A stretch of DNA of 60,998 nt, counting the filler, from Actinomycetales bacterium (GTDB taxonomy: Bacteria > Actinomycetota > Actinomycetes > Actinomycetales > CAVURS01), in assembly GCA_045807245.1 (NCBI GenBank). It is 3 parts of 3 records of this genome, joined end to end, with 100 filler letters (N's around TTAATTAATTAA, not from the genome) between each part and the next. Parts side by side here need not be neighbours in the genome. Positions count along the whole stretch, not along the records: positions 15,227 to 46,027 come from JBJMHS010000025.1; 2 more parts are not named here. One strand, given 5' to 3'. Below the pieces are notes generated by a model, which was given only the letters and a program-made list of their open reading frames with translations, made no database searches and was not told the origin of the DNA. Both the position numbers and the translations under genes were made by a program. Shown piece by piece: positions 18,582 to 28,646 of this stretch. Every line of letters begins with the position of its first letter. The first letter of the stretch is position 1.

Positions 18582-19466
18582 CTAACCGGCCCGCTCGACC
18601 GCGGGAGGCGGCGCCGTCGACGTGCCTTCGGTCATCTCGGCGACCCGGGTCAGCGCGACGGCCCCGCCGACCGTGGCGACGAAGCCGGCCACGGCAACGA
18701 GCGCGAACCCGTCCCGGGGCGAGTCGCTCAGCGCGAGCAGGCCGATGAGCGACGGACAGACGGTCTCCACGACGAAGGTCACCGCTGTGACCGTCGTGAC
18801 CTTGCCGCGGGCGATGGCCGACGCGAAGGCCGTCACGCCCACCGCCCCATAGCCGAGCAGCGCGTACAGGTCAGGACCGGCGAACACGTGCCACCAGGGG
18901 TCGGGCAGCTTGAGCGTGCGCTCGGCCAGGCCCATACCGCTGAAAGCCAGCCCGCAGGTGAGCGCCATGGCGAGGGACGAGGAGGTCCTCAAGGCTCGCC
19001 AGGCCACGACGGCGATGACCGCGACGCCGGCGAGCAGGAGCCAGGCCGTCGAGTCCGAGAGAGCCTCTGCGTCGGTCGGTGAGGAGCTGATCGCGAGCAG
19101 CAGCAGACCGACCCCGACCACGACGAGCGCGGCGACCTCACGCGGGTGGAGCCGGAGGCCGAGCACCGGGATCGCGATGACCGCCGTCACGGCGATCGAG
19201 GCGGCGATGCAGGACTCGACGATGAAGAGCGGCAGCCGCTGCAACGCCACCGCCGCGGCCACCGCGCCGACCAGGTCGAGGGCGGAGCCGGCGACGTACC
19301 AGCGGTCCGTGACCAGTCGCAGCAGGCCCGACGCGGAGTCGGTCGCCGAGGGGCCGCCCGAGTCCGCTGTGACGGCCTCACGCCGGCGCACGCTGATCGC
19401 CTGCCACACCGTCGCAACGCCGAACAGCAGCGAGGAGCCGAGGGCCAGGACCAGGGCGAGGACCAC
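18582..19466 (-). CDS. DMT-superfamily-like integral membrane protein
   Basis: About 9 TM segments from GTG at 19466, LPLFIV motif. The longer 519-aa ORF is a shadow of the opposite-strand gene. Confidence 0.7.
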   Translation of the reverse strand: MVLALVLALGSSLLFGVATVWQAISVRRREAVTADSGGPSATDSASGLLRLVTDRWYVAGSALDLVGAVAAAVALQRLPLFIVESCIAASIAVTAVIAIPVLGLRLHPREVAALVVVGVGLLLLAISSSPTDAEALSDSTAWLLLAGVAVIAVVAWRALRTSSSLAMALTCGLAFSGMGLAERTLKLPDPWWHVFAGPDLYALLGYGAVGVTAFASAIARGKVTTVTAVTFVVETVCPSLIGLLALSDSPRDGFALVAVAGFVATVGGAVALTRVAEMTEGTSTAPPPAVERAG

Positions 19467-19538
19467 GCCCCGATCATGGCAGTGTGAGGCCGGCCTCACC
19501 GCGGAGCTCGACCGTGGTCGTCTGGGAGGATCGGCGGC

Positions 19539-21317
19539 ATGAAGCGTGAGTTCCGCAAGGTCGGCGTCATCGGGCTGGGCACGATGGGTGCGGGCATCGT
19601 CGAGGTGTTCGCCCGCAACGGTCTGGACGTGACGGCGGTCGAGGTCAGCGAGCCGGCCCTGGAGCACGGCCGCGGCGTGCTGCGGCATTCGACCGACCGG
19701 GCCGTGGCTCGCGGCAAGCTCACCCCGGAGGACCAGGCCGCCCTGCTCTCGCACGTGCACTTCTCGACCGCGCTGGAGGACCTGGCCGACCGCGAGCTCG
19801 TCGTCGAGGCGGTGCCCGAGCATCTGGACCTCAAGCGAGAGATCTTCGGCAAGCTCGACTCGATCGTGAGCGCGGACGCCATCCTGGCCACCAACACCTC
19901 CAGCCTGTCGGTCACCGAGATCTCGGTCGCGACCCACAACCCGCGGCGGGTCGTCGGCATGCACTTCTTCAACCCGGCGCCCGTGCTGAAGTTCGTCGAG
20001 GTGATCCGGACCGTCGTGACCGAGGACGACGTCGTGTCGGACGTCGAGGCCCTGGCCCAGCGGCTGGGCAAGATGCCGGTCGTCGTCGCCGACAAGGCAG
20101 GCTTCATCGCCAACGCGCTGCTGTTCGGCTACCTGAACCACGCGGTCTCCTTGTTCGAGTCGCGCTACGCGACCCGCGAGGACATCGACGCAGCCATGAC
20201 GCTCGGTTGCGGCCTACCGATGGGTCCACTCGCACTCATGGACCTGATCGGGCTCGACACGGCGTACGAGATCCTGGACACGATGTACAAGCAGGGCCGT
20301 GACCGCTTGCATGCGCCCGCGCCGATCCTCAAGCAGATGTCGACGGCGGGGCTCAAGGGACGCAAGACCGGACGCGGCTTCTACACCTACGACGAAGAAG
20401 GCTCGAGCAAGGTCGTGGACGACCAGCTCACGCCCAAACCCGGTGCCGCACAGGACATTCCGCTGCGTGAGGTGTCCCGGGTCGGCGTCGTCGGCTCGGG
20501 CACGATGGCCGCGGGCATCGCGGAGGTCTTCGCCAAGGGCGGGTACGACGTGACGCTGGTCGCCCGCAGCGCCGAAGGCCAGGCCCGGGCGCAGAGCGCG
20601 GTGACCAAGAGTCTGGAGAAGGCCGTGCAGCGCGGGAAGCTCGAGGAGCCGGCGCGGGACGAGGCCCTGACGCACCTGCAGGTCCGCACCAGCCTGGACG
20701 ACCTGGCGGACGCGGACCTGGTCGTGGAGGCCGTCGTCGAGGAGCTGGACGTCAAGCAGGCGTTGTTCGAGAACCTCGACGAGATCTGCCGGCCGGGGAC
20801 CATCCTCGCGACGGCGACCTCGTCGCTGCCGGTCATCGACTGCGCCGTGGCGACCAAGCGTCCGCGGGACGTCGTCGGGCTGCACTTCTTCAACCCCGCG
20901 CCGGTGATGCGGCTGGTCGAGGTCGTGCGCACCGTGTCGACCTCGGACGACGTCGTGGCGACGGTCAAGGCGGTCATCCAGGGGCTGGACAAGCAGCCGG
21001 TGGAGTGCGGGGACCGGTCCGGCTTCATCGTCAACGCGCTGCTGTTCCCGTACCTCAACGACGCGGTGAAGATGCTGCAGGCGCACTATGCCTCGGTCGA
21101 GGACATCGACACCGCCATGAAGACCGGCTGCGGCTACCCGATGGGGCCGTTCGAGCTGCTCGACGTGGTGGGCCTGGACGTCGCCCTGGCGATCCAGCGC
21201 CAGCTCTACCTCGAGTTCCGCGAGCCGGGCTTCGCGCCGGCGCCGCTGCTCGAGCATCTGGTGACGGCGGGCTATGTCGGGCGCAAGTCGGGGCGCGGGT
21301 TCCGCACCTACCCCTGA
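19539..21317 (+). CDS. 3-hydroxyacyl-CoA dehydrogenase with two tandem HAD units
   Basis: Two GxGxMG/A NAD motifs, two HFFNPAPV, two PMGP motifs. Confidence 0.92.
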   Translation: MKREFRKVGVIGLGTMGAGIVEVFARNGLDVTAVEVSEPALEHGRGVLRHSTDRAVARGKLTPEDQAALLSHVHFSTALEDLADRELVVEAVPEHLDLKREIFGKLDSIVSADAILATNTSSLSVTEISVATHNPRRVVGMHFFNPAPVLKFVEVIRTVVTEDDVVSDVEALAQRLGKMPVVVADKAGFIANALLFGYLNHAVSLFESRYATREDIDAAMTLGCGLPMGPLALMDLIGLDTAYEILDTMYKQGRDRLHAPAPILKQMSTAGLKGRKTGRGFYTYDEEGSSKVVDDQLTPKPGAAQDIPLREVSRVGVVGSGTMAAGIAEVFAKGGYDVTLVARSAEGQARAQSAVTKSLEKAVQRGKLEEPARDEALTHLQVRTSLDDLADADLVVEAVVEELDVKQALFENLDEICRPGTILATATSSLPVIDCAVATKRPRDVVGLHFFNPAPVMRLVEVVRTVSTSDDVVATVKAVIQGLDKQPVECGDRSGFIVNALLFPYLNDAVKMLQAHYASVEDIDTAMKTGCGYPMGPFELLDVVGLDVALAIQRQLYLEFREPGFAPAPLLEHLVTAGYVGRKSGRGFRTYP

Positions 21318-21320
21318 GCC

Positions 21321-21641
21321 ATGCCGCGCAGCAACCGGGCCCGGCGAGGTGGGCGGCGAGCCGCCCGGGCGGACAGCGCAGCAGCGGAGGACCTGGACAT
21401 CGCCCGGGCCCTCGGCGGCAGCGAGCGGCTGGAGAGCCAGCCCGACGGTGAGTGGTACGTCCGGCCGGTCAACGGCGGGGTCTCGGCCAAGTCCTACCGC
21501 TGCCCGGGCTGCCAGCAGGAGATCCCGCCCGGTATCTCACACCTGGTCGTCTGGCCGGCCGACGGCATGCTCGACGTCAGCGACCGCCGGCACTGGCACA
21601 CCCCCTGCTGGCGGCGACGTGTCACCCGCCGCCATCGTTGA
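21321..21641 (+). CDS. Conserved small actinobacterial Cys/His protein (Rv1322-like)
   Basis: KSYRCPGCQQEI...HLVVWP...RRHWHTPCW; usual neighbour of nucS. Confidence 0.8.
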   Translation: MPRSNRARRGGRRAARADSAAAEDLDIARALGGSERLESQPDGEWYVRPVNGGVSAKSYRCPGCQQEIPPGISHLVVWPADGMLDVSDRRHWHTPCWRRRVTRRHR

Positions 21642-21725
21642 GCATCGCGAGAGTTGGCGCCAGCGGCCACGGCTGGTCGAGCCGGTCGCGCCGGACCGGC
21701 AGGGCCGCGTGCAGGATCGGCGTGG

Positions 21726-23006
21726 TCACGGCTGCAGCTGGTCCAGCCGGTCGAGCGTGAGCAGGACCAGGGCATCGGTCCACGCCAGCGGTGCGACGCT
21801 GCCTGCGCGGCCGTCCGAGCGCACCTTCTCCGGTAGCGAGCCGCCGGCCGCGACATGCCGGGACAGCCAGGTGAGCCAGTTGGTGGCGTCGACGGTGTCG
21901 CCCGACTCCGCAGACGCGAGCATGAACAGGGCGGTCTCGGGCGTCCACGAGACGCCGTCGCGCCGGGGCCAGGTCGAGCCCGGCGATACGCCGCCGGCGG
22001 GCTGGCGCAGCTTGGGCACGGCCGCCCGCGCTGCCTCAGGCGCACCGTTCAGCGGGGTGTCGAGGTAGGGCGGCAGCAGGAAGGTCACGGCGGCGTCCGG
22101 TCCTCGCCCGCCGGCGTACCGGGAGTAGCCGCTCGACCCGAACTCGACCTCGATGCTGCTGCGCAGCCGGGTCGCCCGTGCCCCGGCGGCCTTCGCCAGC
22201 GCCGGGTCCCAGGCAGCGGCCAGCCGGCTGCCGGCGTACAGACCGGCGAGCGCCGGTGCCGCGATGCCGAGGGTGAGCCGCGACTCGCGGACCTCCCAGT
22301 AGTCGCTGCCGGCCGGCGGCAGGCCGCCCGGGCCGGCCGTCCTGCTGACCAGCCGGGCGAGCGAGCGCCGTACGAGGGGATGCAACGAGCCCGCCACCTT
22401 GTCCCGCGCAGCGGGTGGCTCGGCTGCCAGCACGGCGTCGACGGCCCACAGCGCCCAGCCGGGGTCGTCCTCCTGCCCGCCCCGGCCGTCGACCACGGGC
22501 GAGCCGTCCGGCCGGTACCGCGCCTCGAAGCTGCCGTCGTGGGCCTGCACCCGCTGCAGGAACTGCAGGGCGTCGACGGCGTCGCGCGGGTGTCCGGTCC
22601 GGGCCAGGGCCACCGCCGCGAACGCACTGTCCCGCGGCCAGACGTAGCGCCACTGGGGCTGGAACGACGCGATGACGCCGCCGTTCTGCAGGGTCAGCGC
22701 GTGCAGGTCAGCGAGCGCCGTCCGGGCCATCGCAGCGTAGGGGAGCGCCGCGCTCGGCACGCGTCCTCGGGCCAGCCAGTCCTGGAAGGCCGGCGACTCG
22801 GCGGCCTGGGCACCGAAGCGCCCGCCTCCGACCAGCCGGTCGCCCGACGCCAGCGTGCGGGTCGGGGCGGTGGCGCCGACCGGAGCCAGAGCGAACCGCG
22901 CGAGCAGCGACAGGACGGTCACCAGCACCAGGCCGCAGGCGACCGCCAGCACCACCGAACCGGTCGTGGTCCGGCGCCGGTCGGTCCAGCGGGCGGGTGC
23001 GAGCAC
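21726..23006 (-). CDS. Glycoside hydrolase family 15 (glucoamylase-like) with an N-terminal membrane anchor
   Basis: WRYVWPRDSAF, DYWE, GSLPEKV, PLAWT motifs. Confidence 0.8.
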   Translation of the reverse strand: MLAPARWTDRRRTTTGSVVLAVACGLVLVTVLSLLARFALAPVGATAPTRTLASGDRLVGGGRFGAQAAESPAFQDWLARGRVPSAALPYAAMARTALADLHALTLQNGGVIASFQPQWRYVWPRDSAFAAVALARTGHPRDAVDALQFLQRVQAHDGSFEARYRPDGSPVVDGRGGQEDDPGWALWAVDAVLAAEPPAARDKVAGSLHPLVRRSLARLVSRTAGPGGLPPAGSDYWEVRESRLTLGIAAPALAGLYAGSRLAAAWDPALAKAAGARATRLRSSIEVEFGSSGYSRYAGGRGPDAAVTFLLPPYLDTPLNGAPEAARAAVPKLRQPAGGVSPGSTWPRRDGVSWTPETALFMLASAESGDTVDATNWLTWLSRHVAAGGSLPEKVRSDGRAGSVAPLAWTDALVLLTLDRLDQLQP

Positions 23007-23058
23007 CGGCCTCCTCCTGCGTCCTGGCGCGTGCCGCGCGGGCTAGGCTCGGGCGTCG

Positions 23059-23772
23059 ATGAGCCCTGAGGATATCCGGCACGACTCGGTGCTACCGGCG
23101 CATCGTGAAGACATTGAGCTGCACACCGCCGACGGCCTCGTGCTGGTCGGCGAGCTGGCCACGCCGGCCGACCGGGCCCCGGTCGCCACGCTGGTCACCT
23201 TCCACCCGCTGCCGACGCATGGCGGCTTCATGGACAGCCACGTGTTCCGCAAGGCCGCGGCCCGGTTGCCTGCTCTCGCCGGGATCGCGGTCCTGCGGTT
23301 CAACCTGCGCGGCGTGACCAGCCCCCGCGGCACGAGCCAGGGGGCGTTCGACGAAGGGAACGCGGAGCGGTACGACGTCGCCGCGGCGATCGAGTACGCC
23401 GAGTTCCACGAGCTGCCGCGCCCGTGGCTGCTCGGCTGGAGCTTCGGCACCGACCTGGTCCTGCGGTACGGCTGCGACCCCGGCATCGAGGGCGCGATCC
23501 TGCTCAGCCCGCCGTTACGGTCGGCGACCGACGCGGACCTGGACGTCTGGGCCGCCTCGGGCAAGCCCATGCTGGTGCTGGTGCCCGAGCTGGACGACTA
23601 CGTGCGCCCACCGGAGGCCCGGCAGCGGTTCGCCCGGGTCCCGCAGGCGAAGGTCGTCGGCGTGGAGGGCGCGCGGCACCTGTGGGTCGGCGAGCCTGCG
23701 GTACGGCGCGTGCTGGACGAGATCGTCGGACGGGTGCTGCCCGGGCACGGCCCACTGCCCACGTCGTACTAG
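23059..23772 (+). CDS. Alpha/beta hydrolase
   Basis: HPLPTHGGFMDSH, RFNLRG, GWSFG nucleophile elbow, terminal His. Confidence 0.88.
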   Translation: MSPEDIRHDSVLPAHREDIELHTADGLVLVGELATPADRAPVATLVTFHPLPTHGGFMDSHVFRKAAARLPALAGIAVLRFNLRGVTSPRGTSQGAFDEGNAERYDVAAAIEYAEFHELPRPWLLGWSFGTDLVLRYGCDPGIEGAILLSPPLRSATDADLDVWAASGKPMLVLVPELDDYVRPPEARQRFARVPQAKVVGVEGARHLWVGEPAVRRVLDEIVGRVLPGHGPLPTSY

Positions 23773-24842
23773 TGCATCGCCTGGCGAGGCACCAGCACCT
23801 CTTGGTAGATCAGGATCAGCCCGGCCGCCGTCGGGATCGCCATCAGCGCGCCGACCACGCCGAGCAGGGTGCCGCCGGCCAGCGCGGCGATGACCGTGAC
23901 GGCGCCGGGAACGGCGACGGTGCGTTTCATCACCCGCGGTGCGATGACGTAGTTCTCGACCTGCTGGTACACGGCGTAGTAGACGGCCGCGACGACCGCC
24001 GTCGTGACCGAGCTGAACAGCGCCACCAGCACGACGACGACGGCCCCGAGCGTCGCGCCGACCATGGGGATGAGGCCGAGGATGCCGACGAGCACCGCGA
24101 GTGCTTCGGGATAGGGCAGGCCGAGGATGCGCAGCAGGATGTAGCTGCAGACCGCGTTGGTGGACGCCACGGCCACCTGGCCGATGACGTAGCCGCCGAC
24201 GCGGCGGGTGATCTCCTCCGAGAGGTTGCGCACCCGTTCCCGCCGGGTGGCCGGCACCGCGCGGTAGCAGAGCTCCTTGACGGTCGGCAGGGAGGCGGTG
24301 AGGTAGAGCGTCAGCACCAGCACCGTGAACGCGCTGAACGCGCCGCTCAGCGCCGCCTTGCCGGCACCGAGAACGCCGCCGAACACGCTGGTGACGAGCT
24401 TGCCGTCGGTCAGCTGGGACCGCACCTGCTGCTGCAGCTTCGTGACGACGTGGTAGTGCTGGTCGAGCTCGCGCACCTGCTTGTTGCGGAGCAGGCTCTG
24501 GACGTAGTCCGGCGCGTTGTTGGCCAGGTCGGTGGCTTGGCTGGCCAGCGGCGGAAGGAGCAAACCGACCAGCGCGGCGAAGACGCCGATGACGAGCACG
24601 AAGACGATGGTGATGGCCCAGCCGCGAGACAGGCCGCGGCGCTGCAGGAAGCGCACGACCGGATCCAGGCCCAGGGCGAGGAACAGCGAGACCAGCAGCA
24701 GGGTGAAGACCTGCGACAGCCGTGTCGCGACTTGGACCAGGCCGTACGCCGCCGCCAGTCCCAGGCCGCCGGTCAGGCCGATGTAGAAGGCGGAGTGGCG
24801 GTTGAGCGGGGGCCCCGGGCGGCCGAACTCGGGCTCACCCAC
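23769..24842 (-). CDS. AI-2E (PerM) family transporter
   Basis: LDPVVRFL, LIPMVGATLG, YQQVENYVIAPRVM, GVVGALMAIP. Confidence 0.9.
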   Translation of the reverse strand: MGEPEFGRPGPPLNRHSAFYIGLTGGLGLAAAYGLVQVATRLSQVFTLLLVSLFLALGLDPVVRFLQRRGLSRGWAITIVFVLVIGVFAALVGLLLPPLASQATDLANNAPDYVQSLLRNKQVRELDQHYHVVTKLQQQVRSQLTDGKLVTSVFGGVLGAGKAALSGAFSAFTVLVLTLYLTASLPTVKELCYRAVPATRRERVRNLSEEITRRVGGYVIGQVAVASTNAVCSYILLRILGLPYPEALAVLVGILGLIPMVGATLGAVVVVLVALFSSVTTAVVAAVYYAVYQQVENYVIAPRVMKRTVAVPGAVTVIAALAGGTLLGVVGALMAIPTAAGLILIYQEVLVPRQAMH

Positions 24843-24940
24843 GAGCTGCGCCGGAGCCGGCTCGGTCTCGGCCGCCGCGACGGCCTCAGTGGTACGACGA
24901 CGGCGGGCCGACGCGTGAACCAGCCGGTCGTACCAGCCGA

Positions 24941-26596
24941 TCAGCTACCGCCGTGGCTGGTCGTTGCCTGCTGCGCGGCCCGCAGGTCGGCCAGGGCCTT
25001 GGCCCGGTCGACGTTGCTGCCTCCCGCCGGCCGCGGCGACGTCGGGCCGGACTCGTCGGTGCCTTCGGCGTCCGTGTCGTCGGACGTCTCCGCGCCCTCA
25101 ACCGGGTCGACTGCCTCCGATACCTCGGCTGGCACGGCTGGCTCGGCTGTATCGGCTGTGTCGGCTGGCTCGGCGTTGTCGCCCTCGATGCCGCCGCCAG
25201 CCTGCGGGCTCGGCGCCGAGGCCGGCTTGGTGAAGAAGTCGGACGGGTCGATCGGGGCGTTCTCCCTGTCCGGTACGCCGATCATCCGGCCGGACAGGTC
25301 GCGGGCCGGCTTGGCCTCGCCGGACGTCGCCGGCTCGGTGGTCTTGGCCGCCTCGGCCGGCATCGCGATCGTGGGGGACGGCTCGCGGCCGCCGCCCCGC
25401 TTGCCCTGCGGCGCAGCCGCGCTCGGGCCCGCAGCCGATCCGGTGAAGTTCTCCAGGCCCGGCACCGGCATCGAGCCGAGCAGGCCGCGCAGCTGGTCGA
25501 GGTGCGTCGTGATGGAGTCGCGCTGCCGCTGCAGGTCCTCGACCTGACGCGTCGCCGCCGCCCGCATCCGCTCGGCTTCGGCCCGCGCGTCCTGCAGGAT
25601 CTTGTCCGCGTGGGACTTGGCGTCCGCGATCGTCGACTCCGCGCTCCGGCGCGCGGCCGCCACCTGGGAGCGCGAGCTCTCCTCGGCCTCGGCGCGCACC
25701 GCCTCGGCCTTCTCCAGCGCGCGGTTGGCGCGGCTCTCGGCGTTCGCGGCCCGCTCCTCGGCGGCCCGGGTCAGCTCCTGCAGCTTGGCCACGGCGGCGT
25801 CGTGCCGCTCGGCGTCGAGCCGCTCGGCCTCCTCGCGCTGCGAGGCGAGCAGGACCTCCTGGTCGGAGGCGTCCTGCACGGCCTTCGCCTGGGCCGCCTC
25901 CAGCACGCTCGCGGCCTTGGCCGTCAGCTCGTCGGACTCCCGCTTGGCGTTGGTCCGGAAGTCGTCGGCCTCGCGCTTGGCCTTGGCCCTGAGCTCGGTG
26001 ATCTCGCGCTCCGCGGTCGCGCGAAGGCGGCCGACCTCCCGCTCCAGGCTGAGCCGCTTCTCGGTCGCCTCGGTCTCGACCGACGAGCGGAGCTTGTCCG
26101 CCTGGCGCTGCGCGGAGCTGAGCTCCTCGTCGGCCTTGCGGGTCGCCGTGGCCCGGTTCTCCTCGGCTTCCTGGTTGGCGGCGTCGAGGCGCTCCTTGGC
26201 CTGCTTGGTCGAGATGGCGTTGAGCTCGTTCGCCGCCTCTTCGGCGCTGCTGCGCAGCTCGTGGGCCTCGGCCCGCGCCTGCGACAGGGTCTGGTCGGCG
26301 TCCTGCTGGGCCGCGGCGACCATCTCGATGGCCTGCTCCTCGGCCAGCCGGAGCAGCTGCTCGATCCGGGCGCCCAGGCCGGCGTACGACGGGCGGTCGA
26401 TCTCGCGCAACTGGCGCTGGGCGTCGGCCAGGTCGTGCTGCAGCTTCTGGTTCGAGGTCTCGAGCTGCTCCACGACCGTCCGGGCCTTACCCAGCGTGGC
26501 CTGCATGGCGTTGATCTGCTCGTCGACCTGTTCGCGGTCGTACCCCCGCATGGCAACGGTGAACGGCTTGGGGGTGATCGAGAACTGCTCGGTCAT
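24941..26596 (-). CDS. DivIVA-domain long coiled-coil protein (Scy/FilP-like cytoskeletal protein)
   Basis: FTVAMRGYDREQVD, SYAGLGARIEQLLRLAEEQA, long Ala/Glu/Arg coiled coil, disordered Pro/Ala tail. Confidence 0.8.
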   Translation of the reverse strand: MTEQFSITPKPFTVAMRGYDREQVDEQINAMQATLGKARTVVEQLETSNQKLQHDLADAQRQLREIDRPSYAGLGARIEQLLRLAEEQAIEMVAAAQQDADQTLSQARAEAHELRSSAEEAANELNAISTKQAKERLDAANQEAEENRATATRKADEELSSAQRQADKLRSSVETEATEKRLSLEREVGRLRATAEREITELRAKAKREADDFRTNAKRESDELTAKAASVLEAAQAKAVQDASDQEVLLASQREEAERLDAERHDAAVAKLQELTRAAEERAANAESRANRALEKAEAVRAEAEESSRSQVAAARRSAESTIADAKSHADKILQDARAEAERMRAAATRQVEDLQRQRDSITTHLDQLRGLLGSMPVPGLENFTGSAAGPSAAAPQGKRGGGREPSPTIAMPAEAAKTTEPATSGEAKPARDLSGRMIGVPDRENAPIDPSDFFTKPASAPSPQAGGGIEGDNAEPADTADTAEPAVPAEVSEAVDPVEGAETSDDTDAEGTDESGPTSPRPAGGSNVDRAKALADLRAAQQATTSHGGS

Positions 26597-26740
26597 GACT
26601 GATTCCTCCGCGGCGCAGCGGCGCAAGGTGTGCGAGAAGGGGCAGAACGGGTGGTGTTCGGGAAGGCTCCGACCAACCCTACTCCCGAACGGGGGCGCGC
26701 CGTCGCGGCCCGGAACCCGCTTGCAACGCAGCGTGATCGC

Positions 26741-28093
26741 TCATACATCGCGGAAGCGGTTGATCGCCCTCTCGTGCCGCGCCCTCAGCTCTGGGTTGCG
26801 CACCCCCAGACCGGCCTCGGGGGCCAGACACAGCACCCCGACCTTGCCCTGGTGACGGTTGGCGTGCACGTCGGCGGCCGCTTGCCCGGTCTCCTCCAAC
26901 GGATACGCGCGGGACAGCGTCGGGTGGATCAGACCCCGGGCGATCAGGTCGTTCGCGGCCCAGGCCTCCTTGTAGTTGGCGAAGTGCGAGCCGACGATTC
27001 GCTTGAGGTTCATCCAGAGGTACCGGTTGTCGTACTCGTGCACGAAGCCGGACGTCGAGGCGCAGGTCACGATGGTGCCGCCGCGCCGGGCGACGAAGAC
27101 GCTAGCGCCGAACGTCTCCCGGCCTGGGTGCTCGAACACGATGTCGACGTCTCGCCCGCCGGTGAGCTCACGGATCCGGGCGCCGAACCGCCGCCACTCG
27201 GCCGGGTCCTGGTGGTGCTCGTCCTTCCAGAACCGGTAGCCCTCCGCCGTACGGTCGATGACCAGATCGGCACCCATCTCGTGACAGATCTGGGCCTTGT
27301 CCGGACTGGAGACCACACAGACCGGCTGCGCGCCCGCGGCGATGGCCATCTGCGTCGCGTACGAACCCAACCCGCCACTGGCGCCCCAGACCAGCACGGT
27401 GTCGCCGAGCTTGACGCCGGCACCGTGGTGCGAGACGAGCTGCCGGTAGGCCGTGGAGTTGACCAGGCCCGGGCAGGCGGCCTCCTCCCAGGACAGGTGT
27501 GCGGGCTTGGGCATGAGCTGGTTGGCCTTGACCAGTGCGATCTCTGCCAGCCCGCCGTAGTTCGTCTCGAAGCCCCAGATGCGCTGCTGCGGGTCAAGCA
27601 TCGTGTCGTCGTGACCGTCCGGGGCCTCGAGCTCCACCGACAGGCAGTGGGCCACCACCTCGTCGCCCGGCTTCCAGGCGTGGACGCCGGGACCAGCCCG
27701 GAGCACGACACCGGCCAGGTCCGAACCGACCACGTGGTACGGCTGGTCGTGCTTGGCCGCCAGCGGCGAGGATCGGCCGTACCGCTTGAGGAACCCGAAC
27801 GTCGACATCGGCTCGAAGATCGACGTCCAGACCGTGTTGTAGTTGATCGCGCTCGCCATCACCGCGACGAGTGCCTCGCCCGGACCGACGTCGGGCACCT
27901 GCACCTCGTCCAGGTGCAGGCTCCGGCGTGGGTCCTTGTCCTTGCTGGCCAGGCCGTCGAACATCCCGGCCTCGTCCTCGTGCACCGTGACCCCCCGGTA
28001 CGACGCGGGTACGGGCAGCGCGGCGTACTCCTCGCTCGTCGTGTCCCCGGCCAGGATCGCGTCCAGGATCTGCTTCATCTGCGGGCTGCTCAC
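26741..28093 (-). CDS. ccrA: Crotonyl-CoA carboxylase/reductase
   Basis: KDPRRSLH, MASAINYNTVW, YHVVGSD, QRIWGFETN, WGASGGLG, FEHPG, DNRYLWM; GTG start at 28093 with GGAGG SD, overlapping the mce stop. Confidence 0.95.
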   Translation of the reverse strand: MSSPQMKQILDAILAGDTTSEEYAALPVPASYRGVTVHEDEAGMFDGLASKDKDPRRSLHLDEVQVPDVGPGEALVAVMASAINYNTVWTSIFEPMSTFGFLKRYGRSSPLAAKHDQPYHVVGSDLAGVVLRAGPGVHAWKPGDEVVAHCLSVELEAPDGHDDTMLDPQQRIWGFETNYGGLAEIALVKANQLMPKPAHLSWEEAACPGLVNSTAYRQLVSHHGAGVKLGDTVLVWGASGGLGSYATQMAIAAGAQPVCVVSSPDKAQICHEMGADLVIDRTAEGYRFWKDEHHQDPAEWRRFGARIRELTGGRDVDIVFEHPGRETFGASVFVARRGGTIVTCASTSGFVHEYDNRYLWMNLKRIVGSHFANYKEAWAANDLIARGLIHPTLSRAYPLEETGQAAADVHANRHQGKVGVLCLAPEAGLGVRNPELRARHERAINRFRDV

Positions 28094-28551
28094 GCCGTCC
28101 TCCCGGCTGGTTGCACGAGCTCGATGAGGACGCCGCCCGTGTCCTTCGGGTGCACGAAGTTGACCCGGCTGCCCGCCGTACCGGGGCGCGGTTCGTCGTA
28201 GAGCAGGCGGAGGCCCTTGGCCCGCAACGCCTCCGAGGCGGCGCGGACGTCGTCCACCCGGTAGGCCACCTGCTGCACGCCCGGACCGTGCCGGTCGAGG
28301 AACTTCGCGATCGGTGAGTCCGCCGACAGCGGTGCGAGCAGCTGGACCTGCGTGTCCGTGCCCTCGCGGCGGCCGGGGGCCCCGTCGGCGGCGAGCATCG
28401 CCTCGCGGACGCCCTGGTCGGTGTTGGTCTCCTCGTGCACGAGGGTGAGGCCGAAGGTGTCGCGGTAGAACGCGATCGCCTGGTCGAGGTCGGGCACCGC
28501 GATGCCCACATGGTCGACCGCGGTGAACATCACAGTGGACGGCTCGGGCAT
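28090..28551 (-). CDS. mce: Methylmalonyl/ethylmalonyl-CoA epimerase
   Basis: DHVGIAVPDL, QGVREAM, QLLAP, HPKDTGGVLIEL (VOC fold). Confidence 0.93.
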   Translation of the reverse strand: MPEPSTVMFTAVDHVGIAVPDLDQAIAFYRDTFGLTLVHEETNTDQGVREAMLAADGAPGRREGTDTQVQLLAPLSADSPIAKFLDRHGPGVQQVAYRVDDVRAASEALRAKGLRLLYDEPRPGTAGSRVNFVHPKDTGGVLIELVQPAGRTA

Positions 28552-28646
28552 GCCGCGAAGCGTAGGCTCGCGGGAACACGTAGGCAGCCGGAGTTGTCCT
28601 ACCTCACATCACAGACCTGACCTCAGAACGTCGCGCGGAGGACCCC

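Noticed and set aside
25040..25200. GGCTGGCTCGGC-type repeats
   Set aside because: They encode the low-complexity AEPA/DTA tail of the coiled-coil protein.
26741..28579. Apparent 612-aa Ccr with a long N-terminal extension
   Set aside because: The extension is an alternative frame over mce. The real start is GTG 28093, with an SD and a GTGA overlap.
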